Shown here piece by piece: positions 37,252 through 48,620 of a stretch of 64,000 bases of DNA. The notes beneath the pieces are model-generated. The model did not search any database, was not told the DNA's origin, and saw only the letters and a program-made list of their open reading frames with translations. Numbering within the stretch: the first letter of the stretch is position 1; every line of letters starts with the position of its first letter. The stretch is from Mizuhopecten yessoensis (Eukaryota), in contig NW_018406583.1 in NCBI RefSeq assembly GCF_002113885.1, positions 873,478 to 937,477 of the forward strand, written 5' to 3'. The position numbers and the translations under genes are program-made.

Positions 37252-39340
37252 TACTCAGTTATCCCATCAATGTTATATATGTGTCCTTAAAATATTGTTA
37301 AACAAACAAATAAACAAAAACGAACAATTATTTATGTTCGGAAATGCAGCTGATCAAATGACATGTGTGATTTACATGTACAAAGGGTATATGCAGCAAA
37401 ACCTTAGAATCATGTCGTCTGTATACGGTAAAACATTGGTACGACGCATGTTGCTTATATATACAGATAAACCTCAATAGTATGTCATTTGATTTTATAA
37501 AGTAAACTTTGATATCATTCCCCTCGTTTTATTTGCCTTCGTATTTATCACCATTATAGTTTTATTTTTCCTTTTCCTAGGTTTTTTTTCTACTTTCCTG
37601 TATACGTTTCCCTCCATATATCGTCAAATGATCCTTATATATAATACCAAACCTTTTAATGTAACTGAGAAGAACGTCTGATTTATACAGAGTCCTGCAG
37701 TCCATTTGGGTCTCTGAATAAATAATTCATAAGATATCCGGGTTGGGAACCCATTTTTCTAACTTTGATGATTTTCTATGCGAAAAATGTTGAGTCCGAG
37801 TCGTTGATAAGTGTGCCGTTGGTTAGTGAGTATGTCGTCAAACTCCCTTTATAATGCCAAATCTTGTAATGTTGCTTAGAAGAACGTCTGGTTTATACAG
37901 AGTCCAGGTTTATATAGGATACAATTTAGATGAAGTTTCTTGTAAACGTTCAAATCTTCAGAAATCATCTTTGTCGCCGACACATCAGCCACTCAGTCAA
38001 ATTAAAAAACAGGAATATATAGTTTCCTTGTGTAGATCTGTCACCTTTCTCGAGTTGTTATTCCATGTTGTCGGCAAGTAAATCCAACCGTTAAAGAAAT
38101 CTGTCCTACAATACAAATAATACATATAATTTATTTGAATAACTATTTCATGGTAAATAACTAGCTTTATATTGAAGCACGAAATTATTTTTCATATTTC
38201 TATTTCCCCAAACTAGCTACTATAAACTTGTTGGCGGAAAGATTATGTGTTTGTTAATGTTCCAATAGCGATATGAAAGTTATTCAATACGATATAGTGA
38301 TAACTTCATATTAACGAAACCTTGAACCACAAACCATAGCGTCAACACACAAGGACAAATATATGATGACACATATTTTCCCTACATGCAAATGTACCCA
38401 TTGGTTGGATCATAGTCTCGCGGAGATTGGTGATATGTGATATTAAATCGGTGTCACTATTTTTTGAAACATCAGGTCAATATTCACTTTATGATGTCAT
38501 TTTAATTATAACGTCACACTGTTCTTAGCCAAATTTAGTACTTTCCTCTGTACAATTTTCACACGTGCCGTTTTTTTTAATGATGAAATGTTACTGAGTA
38601 TCTTTAATAATAATTAAAGACTTTTATTTTGGTGAATTTACCTCAATAAAATTCCATAATTGACCACTATGCCACAGCGTCCAAATGCAAGGATAGAATT
38701 AAAATATTCCAAAGCGCCCAGACTAGAGGATAAAACATCCAATTGACTCAACACACAAGGACAACCTGGGTCCAAATACAAGGATAAAATATACTTGTTG
38801 TATTCTAAAAGCAATGTCCACTATTTTTAAACAAGTATACGACTACATTTTTGCAAATACCATAACCGAATGATCTGGATGCTAAGAACACTATTTCTAT
38901 TTCAATATATATAGAGTCCGCACTCCCCAGCATTATTAGAATACATTTTGAAACATAACTCTCTGAAATATGACGAATATGACAGTCTAGTGCTTTTTTT
39001 TAAGAAAGGTAACTCTATTTGTATATATATATATATATATTATGATTACCTTTGTTGGTCTTAGCCTTTGTTTCCAAAACTGCATGTTGATGTTCATTTT
39101 GCCCTTGTATGTTGGATCATTAAGTATACATAATGCACTTGTCTTGCATAACCTGGAATCTGAAACTGTAAATTGTTTTTTAAGATCGCCCGACTACTGT
39201 GAACGGCCGTTAGGTGTACGTATAGGTTACGTTTGGGTTAAAACACCACCTGCATTGTAAAATATCTATTGTTGTCTGTCACGTGGCGTCACTATTGTGT
39301 CTAAGTGTAACGTCAATTGTTGATCATTATCACGACCTAC

Positions 39341-39415
39341 GACACAGATATAAGGACATTTTATCACAAGTCTACCTTGACACAGATATAAGGACATTTT
39401 ATCACAAGTCTACCT
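39341..39415. repeat. ~38-bp direct tandem duplication
   Basis: gacacagatataaggacattttatcacaagtctacct occurs twice. Confidence 0.85.
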
Positions 39416-40687
39416 AAGACACTACATTTTTTCATTATTGTTTTGTGTATTCGATGATGTATTGACATAAGTTAATCTTATCATACACTTGTTCCAAAAG
39501 ATATTTTCCGAAAATTCCGTATTTATCATAGCGTTAAGTTAACAGTGCTTGAAAACTTTAGTCTTGTTAGTTGTAACGGTTTATTGTTTGGTATGGTTTT
39601 GTTACAAAAAAAGTATGAAGGTATTTTATCATTTAATTCTTGTCATTGAAGAAGAAACTATACTAAGTTCGAATATTATGTGAAACAAAAATAATGATCA
39701 CAACGATATATAAAATATCATAACTTGATTTTAGAATTAACTTTATACCTAGGAGGTTCCTCACTTTGATTGAAAAGCTGTTATCTCGATGAATCAAAAC
39801 AACTATGATATCCAAATCTGTATTGTGTTATTTTTGGAGATATTGTATTTTGAATTATTGATCGTTTATAGCTAACAGATCTGATAGAGCTTCAATTTAA
39901 AAAGGAGCTTTTTTATAATGTTCAAGATGGAACGGTTCATGTCAATGAGCAATGTCAAACAGTTGCCTTTTGCATGAACATGATTACTTAATGTTGCCGT
40001 AAACAATGCAAACAACAACATATAGGTGCACATATCATAATAGAAAATAACGACGATATTGGTAATAAAGGAATTCATGGTTCAGTAGTTTTCATATTGG
40101 GTCGATACTGGTTGACTTAAAAAAAATAAAAATCTAGAAATACTTTAATATCAAATGCTTATATGAAGTTATATCTAAACGGTATTTTGGATAATACAAA
40201 TGCTTTCCTTTTATCTGGTTTTCCATGATTTTATTTCTACATGACGCTGAACGATTCGTACATAGCATAGATAAGAGGGTGACATGATCAAAGTTGACAT
40301 ACTTATGCTAATTTTCAAGAAAGTTGTAGTCATATTAATATTCATTAATATTGTAACAAAATCAATTGCTGAATGACATATATCCAGGATAGACAGATAA
40401 CCTGCTTGTCCACCAGAGTTACATCCCTTGCGTAGCATGTAGCCACAGTACTTACATTCAATAAAGACACGAACGAGATACAAATTAGTGTATGTTTTAT
40501 TTTTACCTGTTTATTAAATAACTACAGCAATTTTTAAACAATGCTACTTTTTATAAATCTGGTATTATTCTTAATTACAATAAGAACTTGAGCCCTATCC
40601 CTTTGACTATTCAGTATCAATACAATATGTTTGAATGGTAAAACAAAACTTAATTACAATGATAAGACAAAATACGTATCTACACAG

Positions 40688-42649
40688 TTATGGGTTATCT
40701 CTAAAGAACGAGGTCTGGTTCCTCCTATCAAAATGTGGATCATGGCTCGGTATTACCATTAGTTTACTCGCTACTATTCCAAGATACAGATCAACATTAG
40801 GGCAGTATTTGACAAATGGAAATACAACATGGAAAGACCTGACGATGTTAAATGACATGACGTAATTTGAACCAATCACAGACGGCGGAACGTGATCAAA
40901 AGGATAATCTCCCTCGCTCACATACAAAGGTGAGCCTTGTCGTCTATCGGGATTCCTTTCATCAACAACGTGACCAAGAAATACACCATTATTATTGTTT
41001 TTAGTTTTAATGAGTTTCTTCATAAATGCAGTTATCATGTCGATATCTACATTGATATTTCCATCAAGAAATATAACGAAATCAGTGCTTTTGCAATATT
41101 GCACAATCCATGCGAAGGATGATACTGTTTTAATGGTATCAAAGAATTTGTCTTTCACTGCAGAGACCTGTATTATGTCACCATAATTCTTACTTTCAGC
41201 ATTTACGTCTTTCTGATGGATATCCTCTGATCCTAGTACGAATACTTGTCTGACGGTTCCTATATCCGTATATTTCCACATCTCCCGAATGGCTGACCGC
41301 TGCTCTGTGTCGGTAGGATCAGACCAGATGACTACAAGAATATGGGCCGCGTCGTGCCCTTTCGTCGTAAACTTACATTGAGTCGCATTGTGTACAAGAG
41401 GTAGTAACTTTCTGTTGGTTGGTGTTTGAGGTATCTCTTCGCAATGAAGAATTTTTCGCTTCACAAGTCGTCTTAAATTAATATTTAGAGGATACGAGAG
41501 TAACTGTCTAGAAATGTTTTTACCTGCTAATGCAAATAATGATAATGGATTTGCAGGATCAAGATAAGGATCATAAGTCTGTTGTACTGACAAAATCCTT
41601 GCAACATTGCCTAGGTAACCATTTATATCATTGTCACTATTTTTAATATAGGGGAAAATAATTTGAAACTTTTTTGATACATCACGTGACACAAGGTTAA
41701 CGTTGGAGAAGGCAGCCTTTGTCACAGCAGTGTTACCAATGAACCCCGATTTATTAGGTGGTAATGATGGTACAAGATCACCACGAAATAAAGGTGATGG
41801 TTTAAGAGTCACTAAGTCTCTTATGTACTCGAATAATATGTCTGATCTTACTTGAAGCGTCTCGTTAACGCTGAGGATAACGTCGGCTTTAGAACAATGT
41901 TTAACGGCCCAGTTGTATCCCATTATCAACTTTAGAGTACTGTTCTTGTAGGAGTCATGGAAATCCTCCTGTAGAATATCTCTATGCCTGTCACTCTCTT
42001 CCTCAATCACATATTGGTCGTCCTCTAGAAACCCCAGCAGGAACACTAGACGTGTATTTGGATCCTTCAGTTCTCCCCAAGTCCGTCTAATTATCTTTCT
42101 ATAATAATAATTTCCGGGCCGCGAGTACATCAGAATTACGATTTTAGAACGGTTTCCGTGGAAATTGCAGTCACTTGGCAAGGAAATCGGTTTATACGGA
42201 TGTGGGTTCGTTGGTGGGAAGGGTGAACCGCCGATTCGGATATTTTCTAGGACAGTAGTTATGTTCAAATCTGTCAAAGATTTCCTTTTTTCCTCTTGTG
42301 CAGTTGTCGTAACGTTCGTAATAGCTTGGAGCTGACTGTGAACCGAAATGGCAAGCGAAGTATCTGACGCTTCTTTTCTACTTGTGTTGCCAAAGCTGTT
42401 AACATTAGTAGAACAAAGACTTTCTGACTGTCCTCCGAATAAATGGCAATCCACTACAGGGCGTCTATCTTTCCTGTTATCGGGAATCTGCTCCAGTAAA
42501 GAAAAGTTCATCTTGTAGATGCATTCAAGGGTTGCAAACACCATCAGGATACCGATCATTTTCACAATAACGCTTCTCCTGGTGAAAAGAAACAGTACTT
42601 GTAACAGTTTGTTTCTGATCGCTTGATAGTGCAACAGGACCAAACCCAT
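40688..42649 (-). CDS. Tandem two-domain GT31-like protein with both catalytic sites degenerate (G6, 653 aa)
   Basis: GT31 scaffold motifs (RRTWG, VFLLG, DILQEDFHDSYKNSTLKLIMGYNW, DIIQ, YPFDHVPP, YLG) occur twice. The DxD positions read SVNET and FLDGN. Acceptor on - at 42670-42671; candidate donor gtaaga at 43121-43126. Confidence 0.88.
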   Translation of the reverse strand: MGLVLLHYQAIRNKLLQVLFLFTRRSVIVKMIGILMVFATLECIYKMNFSLLEQIPDNRKDRRPVVDCHLFGGQSESLCSTNVNSFGNTSRKEASDTSLAISVHSQLQAITNVTTTAQEEKRKSLTDLNITTVLENIRIGGSPFPPTNPHPYKPISLPSDCNFHGNRSKIVILMYSRPGNYYYRKIIRRTWGELKDPNTRLVFLLGFLEDDQYVIEEESDRHRDILQEDFHDSYKNSTLKLIMGYNWAVKHCSKADVILSVNETLQVRSDILFEYIRDLVTLKPSPLFRGDLVPSLPPNKSGFIGNTAVTKAAFSNVNLVSRDVSKKFQIIFPYIKNSDNDINGYLGNVARILSVQQTYDPYLDPANPLSLFALAGKNISRQLLSYPLNINLRRLVKRKILHCEEIPQTPTNRKLLPLVHNATQCKFTTKGHDAAHILVVIWSDPTDTEQRSAIREMWKYTDIGTVRQVFVLGSEDIHQKDVNAESKNYGDIIQVSAVKDKFFDTIKTVSSFAWIVQYCKSTDFVIFLDGNINVDIDMITAFMKKLIKTKNNNNGVFLGHVVDERNPDRRQGSPLYVSEGDYPFDHVPPSVIGSNYVMSFNIVRSFHVVFPFVKYCPNVDLYLGIVASKLMVIPSHDPHFDRRNQTSFFRDNP

Positions 42650-44437
42650 GATGGAAGGTTAATACACTTCTGAAATGAGAAATAGACAGACGACCAATTA
42701 AATAATGCTGCTGATTTCTATTATAAATTCCTCGTTTAGTCTTTTTTCCAAGATGAAGGGCGGAAGTCTACTCTTTCCTTATAAAATATTTTCGATGAAA
42801 ATGAAATAGTTCGTTTTCATTTTCGTAGTTTCAGTTTAAAAGATATATCATTGGTAATTCCAAATATGGTACATTTTATGAACAAACCAGATCAAATGAG
42901 TAACACATAGTCGCCATAGTCAACACACGTTTCAAATTGTGCTAAATATAGCAATATGTATATATATCATAATGACTCAATACTGTAATAAATCAACCGA
43001 AACCACCTGTATTATATCTATGCTAATTTGATGTTAACAGAGATAGCAATTAATGTATACCTATATACATATACTACCGACACCCTACTTAGTATATTTC
43101 TTATAATAACACATATTGCTTCTTACCTTTCATACTGGGTCTGGCGAATGAAAATTTCTTACAAGACATAAAATATTTCTTCCACATTTTAAACAAAATA
43201 TCTATGAAAATCACATATTCTATACAAAAGCATTCAGCGAGTATTGTTAGTCATTGTTCTGTATTTATTTTAATGTAATTAACACTAAACAAAAACCTTT
43301 GTTATACATACAAACATTTAAAATGGCGTTTTCAAAGACACAATTATTTAAGACTTATCGTATAAACTATCGCACTTCAAATATTTAGTTAAGTCGGTCA
43401 ATCAGCTCTTTATTATCAACAATCTATTTGTAAACAAACCCTTTACAGTATTGTCTTTTACGAGTCAGTAAACATTGTAAAATTACTAAGGAACGATAAC
43501 CAGGTGTCAAATGTCGAATTAAACAGTTTGTTTTGAGGAGTGTCGATACCCTGGGATAGATTTAAATATTTGATTGGAGGATATGACATTTAACAAAACC
43601 TTAAGGTACTAAAGAACCAAGTCGAATTTGTATTTGGCAGCCTATATCTAAGCGTAGATCAAGTGTTCACTGGCAGCGGTCCCTAAAATATTGAATTTAT
43701 ACGGACAAATGAAACTGTCGTTAAGGCGACTTTTGGAATTTTGTATTTCTAGGTTTGAAGCAAAGAAAAATATACGCTAGTAGAGGAATGTAGTTTAACT
43801 TTTTATACAAAAAATAAGGGGCTTGTAGCCCGTCTTCAAAGGTGCATGAATATATTTTTGTACAACATGTAGTCAATCAAAGTCAATTAAAGTCATTTAA
43901 AGTCTTGTAATTGTCAAAATTATTTGGACATTGGATGTAAACTCACATGCAGATGTATTTGTAGATTTGACCTGGATTAACATGCCGATTGTCGTCAATG
44001 AAGCAGAAGACGCTTACCCTTCCGAATCACCTGGTCTTATACTTCTTCTTCTGTTTCATTGGTCTCCATGTTAATCTTTCCTTTGATGACACTTACTGTT
44101 CTTTTTCGTTTTCTTTTTAATATGATGCAGTTATATCAAATTGTTATTAATGTGTATTGAACAAACAGTTAATTATTGTCATACAGACTTCGACATTGTC
44201 GTTCATATTAATGGCTTATTAATTTATTTTACAATTTTGTAAGGACAAATTAACTTATTTGCGATGTGTTAATGTAATTTTAACAATAGCAAGGCCCAAC
44301 TTTATGTGTTAATAATAAAACTGTCTTTTTCATACACATCTACCTCCGCACAACTATACGTGTTCAAAATAAATAAATTGTAAACAGATTTACCCAATGG
44401 CACTTTTCAAAGATGAACGCAACACACAAACACATAG

Positions 44438-44468
<31 letters not shown>

Positions 44469-44471
44469 CAC
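44438..44471. repeat. (CA)n microsatellite
   Basis: Run of ca dinucleotides downstream of G7. Confidence 0.9.
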
Positions 44472-44760
44472 GTGACTGCACCTTTAAAATTTTGATAATA
44501 GATTCAGTATGCCATAAACAAGTTATTCTGCATCATACAGCTGTTTCGTAAAAATTCAGCATTAATTCCCAATCACGTTTAAATGTTCGTGATTCATTTT
44601 GCAAAAAAAGATGGGTGGTGGGGATGATGAGGTAGTGATGGCAGCGTTTAATTTCATATTGATTTAATACCAGGTGATCATAGAAAATATCCAAATGAAT
44701 CATTTCCGGAAAGTTAATAACAAAACAGAAAGCCAAGTACGATTCGGTTGACTATTTATT

Positions 44761-47031
44761 TCATGTTACATCAACAACAGGTAATTTTGATTTGATTTTA
44801 ACTTTCCTTATTACTGTGATTTTTTTGGGTGTAGTTTTAGTTTTGAGTAGATCCTTTGATGAAATGCATTCTTTTGTAATTATCTTCGCAACAGACGAAT
44901 CCGGGCACTCGGCCACAGCCTCGAGTTTTGGCGGATCGACAAATATACTGTCTTCCTTGGGTTTTACTTGTAATTTTCGCGCTACAAAACCTAAGTATAC
45001 GTCACTTCGTCCAAAATATTTCACAAATGGAAATGCAACTTGAAATTTCCAGGCTACGTCTGATGATATAACATAAAACTTTTCATTAAGAAATGGCGGG
45101 AACTTTTCCAATGGATACGTTTTCCGTGACAGGAATAACCGTGAATCTAAATCGCGTGTTGGATATGCGTTTTTAACTAACTTTCCTCTAAATATGTCTG
45201 ATGATTGCTTGCTTGGCAAAACGGTCCTTAAGTATTTTAAAGTTCTGTTGATATCAATATCATATCCTTCCTTCAATACAACGATGAAATCTGCTTGAGC
45301 ACAGAACTTAGCCGCCCAATTGAACCCCATTATTGTTTTTCGGGTACTGTTCATATAATCGTCCCGGAAGTCCTCCTGAATGACGTCACGATACTTCCGG
45401 CTTTCCTCGTCAACTAATGATTGTTTCGAGCGTCCCATCCCTAACAGAAAAACTTTCTTGAAGTTATAGTCTCGATGAATGCCCCACAATTTTCTCAGAT
45501 ACAATCGCTCTTCTACGTTGGACGCTTGCGACTTGACTAAAAGAAGAACGTTTTTTACGTGTTTGTCTGCATGAAGGAAAGAACATCTGTTTGGGCGATG
45601 GACGTAGTTGTAGGGATGCGGGTTGATTGGTGGAATGCTAGAGTCTTTGTGACGTAGAAGTTTATCGTTCACTAGTTGCGTCATGTTAACCATCAATGGA
45701 TAGTTGAATGTTGAGTTATCTGTAAGGAATTTACCATCAGGTAACGGAATGGTTGGTTTCAGAAGAAGTCGGCGTTTCCTATCCGCTATTTGACAATTCC
45801 CTGACACAAGCTCTGCTGGGTCGTGCGAACATTCTTTTGCCAATGAAATGTTAGAGAGAGTTGAAAAATGAGCGTCGTATTTTGGGGTTATAGCAAGTTT
45901 TTTAGCTACAATTCCTAGATATACATCATCTATTCCTAAATATTTTACGTATGGAAATGCAACTTTAAATTTCCTTGCCACATCTTTGGAAAGCAAATAT
46001 GCCCCGCCTCCAATATATGGTGGAAAGTGATCGTATGGATATTCATGGAAACTTGTTTTCCATTTTGAATTTTCGTTCCGTTCTGGCTTTGCAGCTATAG
46101 CAGTTGATCCGAGATAAACGCCTGTTTTATTCATCTTTTCGATTCCTCTGATGTATTTAATCAAAGCGTGAGGCTGAACGTGATAATCGTCATCTAGAAA
46201 CAACAACATGTCGGCCTCCCAACAGTTCTTCATTGCCCAGTTGTATGACATAACCGTTTTCAAAGTGTTATTCATGTAGGCGTCTAAGAAATTCTCTTGG
46301 ACAATATCATTATACTGGCGGACCTCCTCGTCCACCAAGGCCTGATAGGACCCGTTGTAACCTAGCATGAACACGCGCCGTACGTAGGGGTCACGCAAAT
46401 CCCTCCACATCGCCCTTACCGCCGCCCTTAGCTCCATATTTGACACGGCAGATTTAATAAGCACCAATACCGTTTTCGTGCTGTTGTTATGGTGCGGGAA
46501 ATGACACTTGGGAGGAGGCTGGATAAAACTGTATGGGTGAGGATTGATCTGGCGATAAGGTATGCGCTGTTTGAACACTATCAGGTTGTTTACAAGACGT
46601 TCTAAGTCTATTTCCAACGGATAAGAATAACTGTCGTTGTATGATAAATATTTACGAGATGTTTCGTTAAATTCTTCTTCATCCTCTGGTCCCACAAAGA
46701 CGGAAGGTAGTTGTATTTCCATATCATCAAATCGTTCATCGTAAAAGCTGTTATCCAAGGCACCGTCTGCTTCTATATCTATCACCGTATCGGTAACGTT
46801 ATTTTCAGTTTCAACTACTTCTAAAGGTTTCCGAAATTCCTGTTTGATAGCTGTTTTTCCAGTCACTATTATGATATCGGTTTTTTGAATCATGTAAGAA
46901 AAATTAAGTAAAAGTCCAAGAAATCCAAACAACAACACAGCAAAGAAGAAGCAAAAAATGCTCTTAATATTTAGTTGTTGTATCAAAAATACATGCGTTA
47001 TCTTTAACTTGTTGCTGACAAACTTGAACAT
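44761..47031 (-). CDS. Tandem two-domain GT31 glycosyltransferase; domain 2 degenerate (G7, 756 aa)
   Basis: TM anchor and acidic stem. Domain 1 has LFLDDDYH, PPYIGGGAY, GIDDVYLG, ECSH. Domain 2 has VVLKEGY, PPFLNEKFY, GRSDVYLG. Basic C-tail. Acceptor on - at 47220-47221. Confidence 0.92.
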   Translation of the reverse strand: MFKFVSNKLKITHVFLIQQLNIKSIFCFFFAVLLFGFLGLLLNFSYMIQKTDIIIVTGKTAIKQEFRKPLEVVETENNVTDTVIDIEADGALDNSFYDERFDDMEIQLPSVFVGPEDEEEFNETSRKYLSYNDSYSYPLEIDLERLVNNLIVFKQRIPYRQINPHPYSFIQPPPKCHFPHHNNSTKTVLVLIKSAVSNMELRAAVRAMWRDLRDPYVRRVFMLGYNGSYQALVDEEVRQYNDIVQENFLDAYMNNTLKTVMSYNWAMKNCWEADMLLFLDDDYHVQPHALIKYIRGIEKMNKTGVYLGSTAIAAKPERNENSKWKTSFHEYPYDHFPPYIGGGAYLLSKDVARKFKVAFPYVKYLGIDDVYLGIVAKKLAITPKYDAHFSTLSNISLAKECSHDPAELVSGNCQIADRKRRLLLKPTIPLPDGKFLTDNSTFNYPLMVNMTQLVNDKLLRHKDSSIPPINPHPYNYVHRPNRCSFLHADKHVKNVLLLVKSQASNVEERLYLRKLWGIHRDYNFKKVFLLGMGRSKQSLVDEESRKYRDVIQEDFRDDYMNSTRKTIMGFNWAAKFCAQADFIVVLKEGYDIDINRTLKYLRTVLPSKQSSDIFRGKLVKNAYPTRDLDSRLFLSRKTYPLEKFPPFLNEKFYVISSDVAWKFQVAFPFVKYFGRSDVYLGFVARKLQVKPKEDSIFVDPPKLEAVAECPDSSVAKIITKECISSKDLLKTKTTPKKITVIRKVKIKSKLPVVDVT

Positions 47032-47496
47032 TTTGCTTCCACTTTAGGTTTTTCCGTCGATACTACTTTGAACACTTATGGTAGAATATTCCATCCAAAT
47101 AGTCTTTCTGTTCAACATTTTAAAACGTGTTTATGCCGGTATGCATATTCTAATTGTGATAACAACACCGTCATTGAGAAATTCCGGACGTGCATCTACC
47201 ATCAAGCATTTGGCTACATCTGAAAAACACAATATCATATTTTTGTTAATATATTGATATTCTTACTATTGTATTGGGTATTTGGACCGAGGTCTAATTA
47301 ATGTATTGCAATACAGTAAACTGTATCGCGATAATTGTATCATAATGTATCTGTTTTTCAGACGATGTTAAATAGTTGTACCTCGCAGTAATTTTAAAGT
47401 AAAATGACATATGTGCGGCTTTGTCCAGAGAATAAGATTGATGAAGACTTTGGAAAAGTTTTACGGACGCCATCACGAGATCGTTAGAAAATTATG

Positions 47497-48620
47497 ATTA
47501 ACAGTATGACAACATATCATTATACTGGGTTGTGTATTGTCTATATTACTGTTGTATATTGATAAACATTTCGACAACATATCGCTATACTGGGTTGTAT
47601 ATGCCCTATAATACTGTTGTATATTGATAAACAGTATGTCAACATATCACTATACTGGGTTGTGTATTGTCTATAGCACTGTTGTATATTGATAAACAGT
47701 TTGACAACATATCACTATACTGGGTTGTGTATTCCCTATAATACTGTTGTATATTGATAAACAGTATGTCAACATATCACTATACTGGGTTGTGTATTGT
47801 CTATAGCACTGTTGTATATTGATAAACAGTTTGACAACATATGGCTATACTGGGTTGTGTATTCCCTATAATACTGTTGTATGTTGATAAACAGTTTGAC
47901 AACATATCACTATACTTGATTGTGTATTCCCTATAATACTGTTGTATATTGATAAACAGTATGTCAACATATCACTATACTGGGTTGTGTATTGTCTATA
48001 TTAATGTTGCATATTGATAAACATTTCGACAACATATCGCTATACTGGGTTGTGTATTCCCTATAATACTGTTGTATATTGATAAACAGTATGTCAACAT
48101 ATCACTATACTGGGTTGTGTATTGTCTATAGCACTGTTGTATATTGATAAACAGTTTGACAACATATCACTATACTGTATTGTGTATTCCCTATACTACT
48201 GTTGTATATTGATGAACAGTTTGACAACATATCCCTATACTGGGTTGTGTCTTCCCTATAATACTGTTCTATATTGATAAACAGTATGACAGCATATCAC
48301 TATAATGGATTGTGTATTCCCTATAATTCTGTTGTATATTGATGAACAGTTTGACAACATTTCACTATACTGAATTGTGTATTTCCTATAGTTCTGTTGT
48401 ATATTGATGAACAGTTTGACAACATATCACTATACTAGATTGTGTATTTCCTATAGTACTGTTGTATATTGATAAACAGTATGTCAGCATATCACTATAC
48501 TGGATTGTGTATTCCCTATAATACTGTTGTATATTGATAAACATTTCGACAACATATCACTATACTGGGCTGTGTATTCCATAAAGCACTGTTGTATATT
48601 GATAAACATTATGATAACAT
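47497..48620. repeat. 65-bp minisatellite, ~17 units, in the presumed 5'-UTR intron of G7
   Basis: Unit aacatatcactatactgggttgtgtattccctataatactgttgtatattgataaacagtttgac; units start at 47511, 47576, 47641 and so on. Confidence 0.95.

Noticed and set aside
6098-45043. Short ORFs antisense to or overlapping the GT31 genes, and other 60-120 aa ORFs in AT-rich DNA
   Set aside because: They are shadow ORFs with no recognisable motifs; many start at non-ATG codons.
6120-47031. Bacterial or viral origin, or retrocopy status, of the intronless GT genes
   Set aside because: Type II TM/stem organisation, animal GT31 motifs, upstream splice acceptors and tandem arrangement all point to native animal genes; single coding exons are normal for this family.
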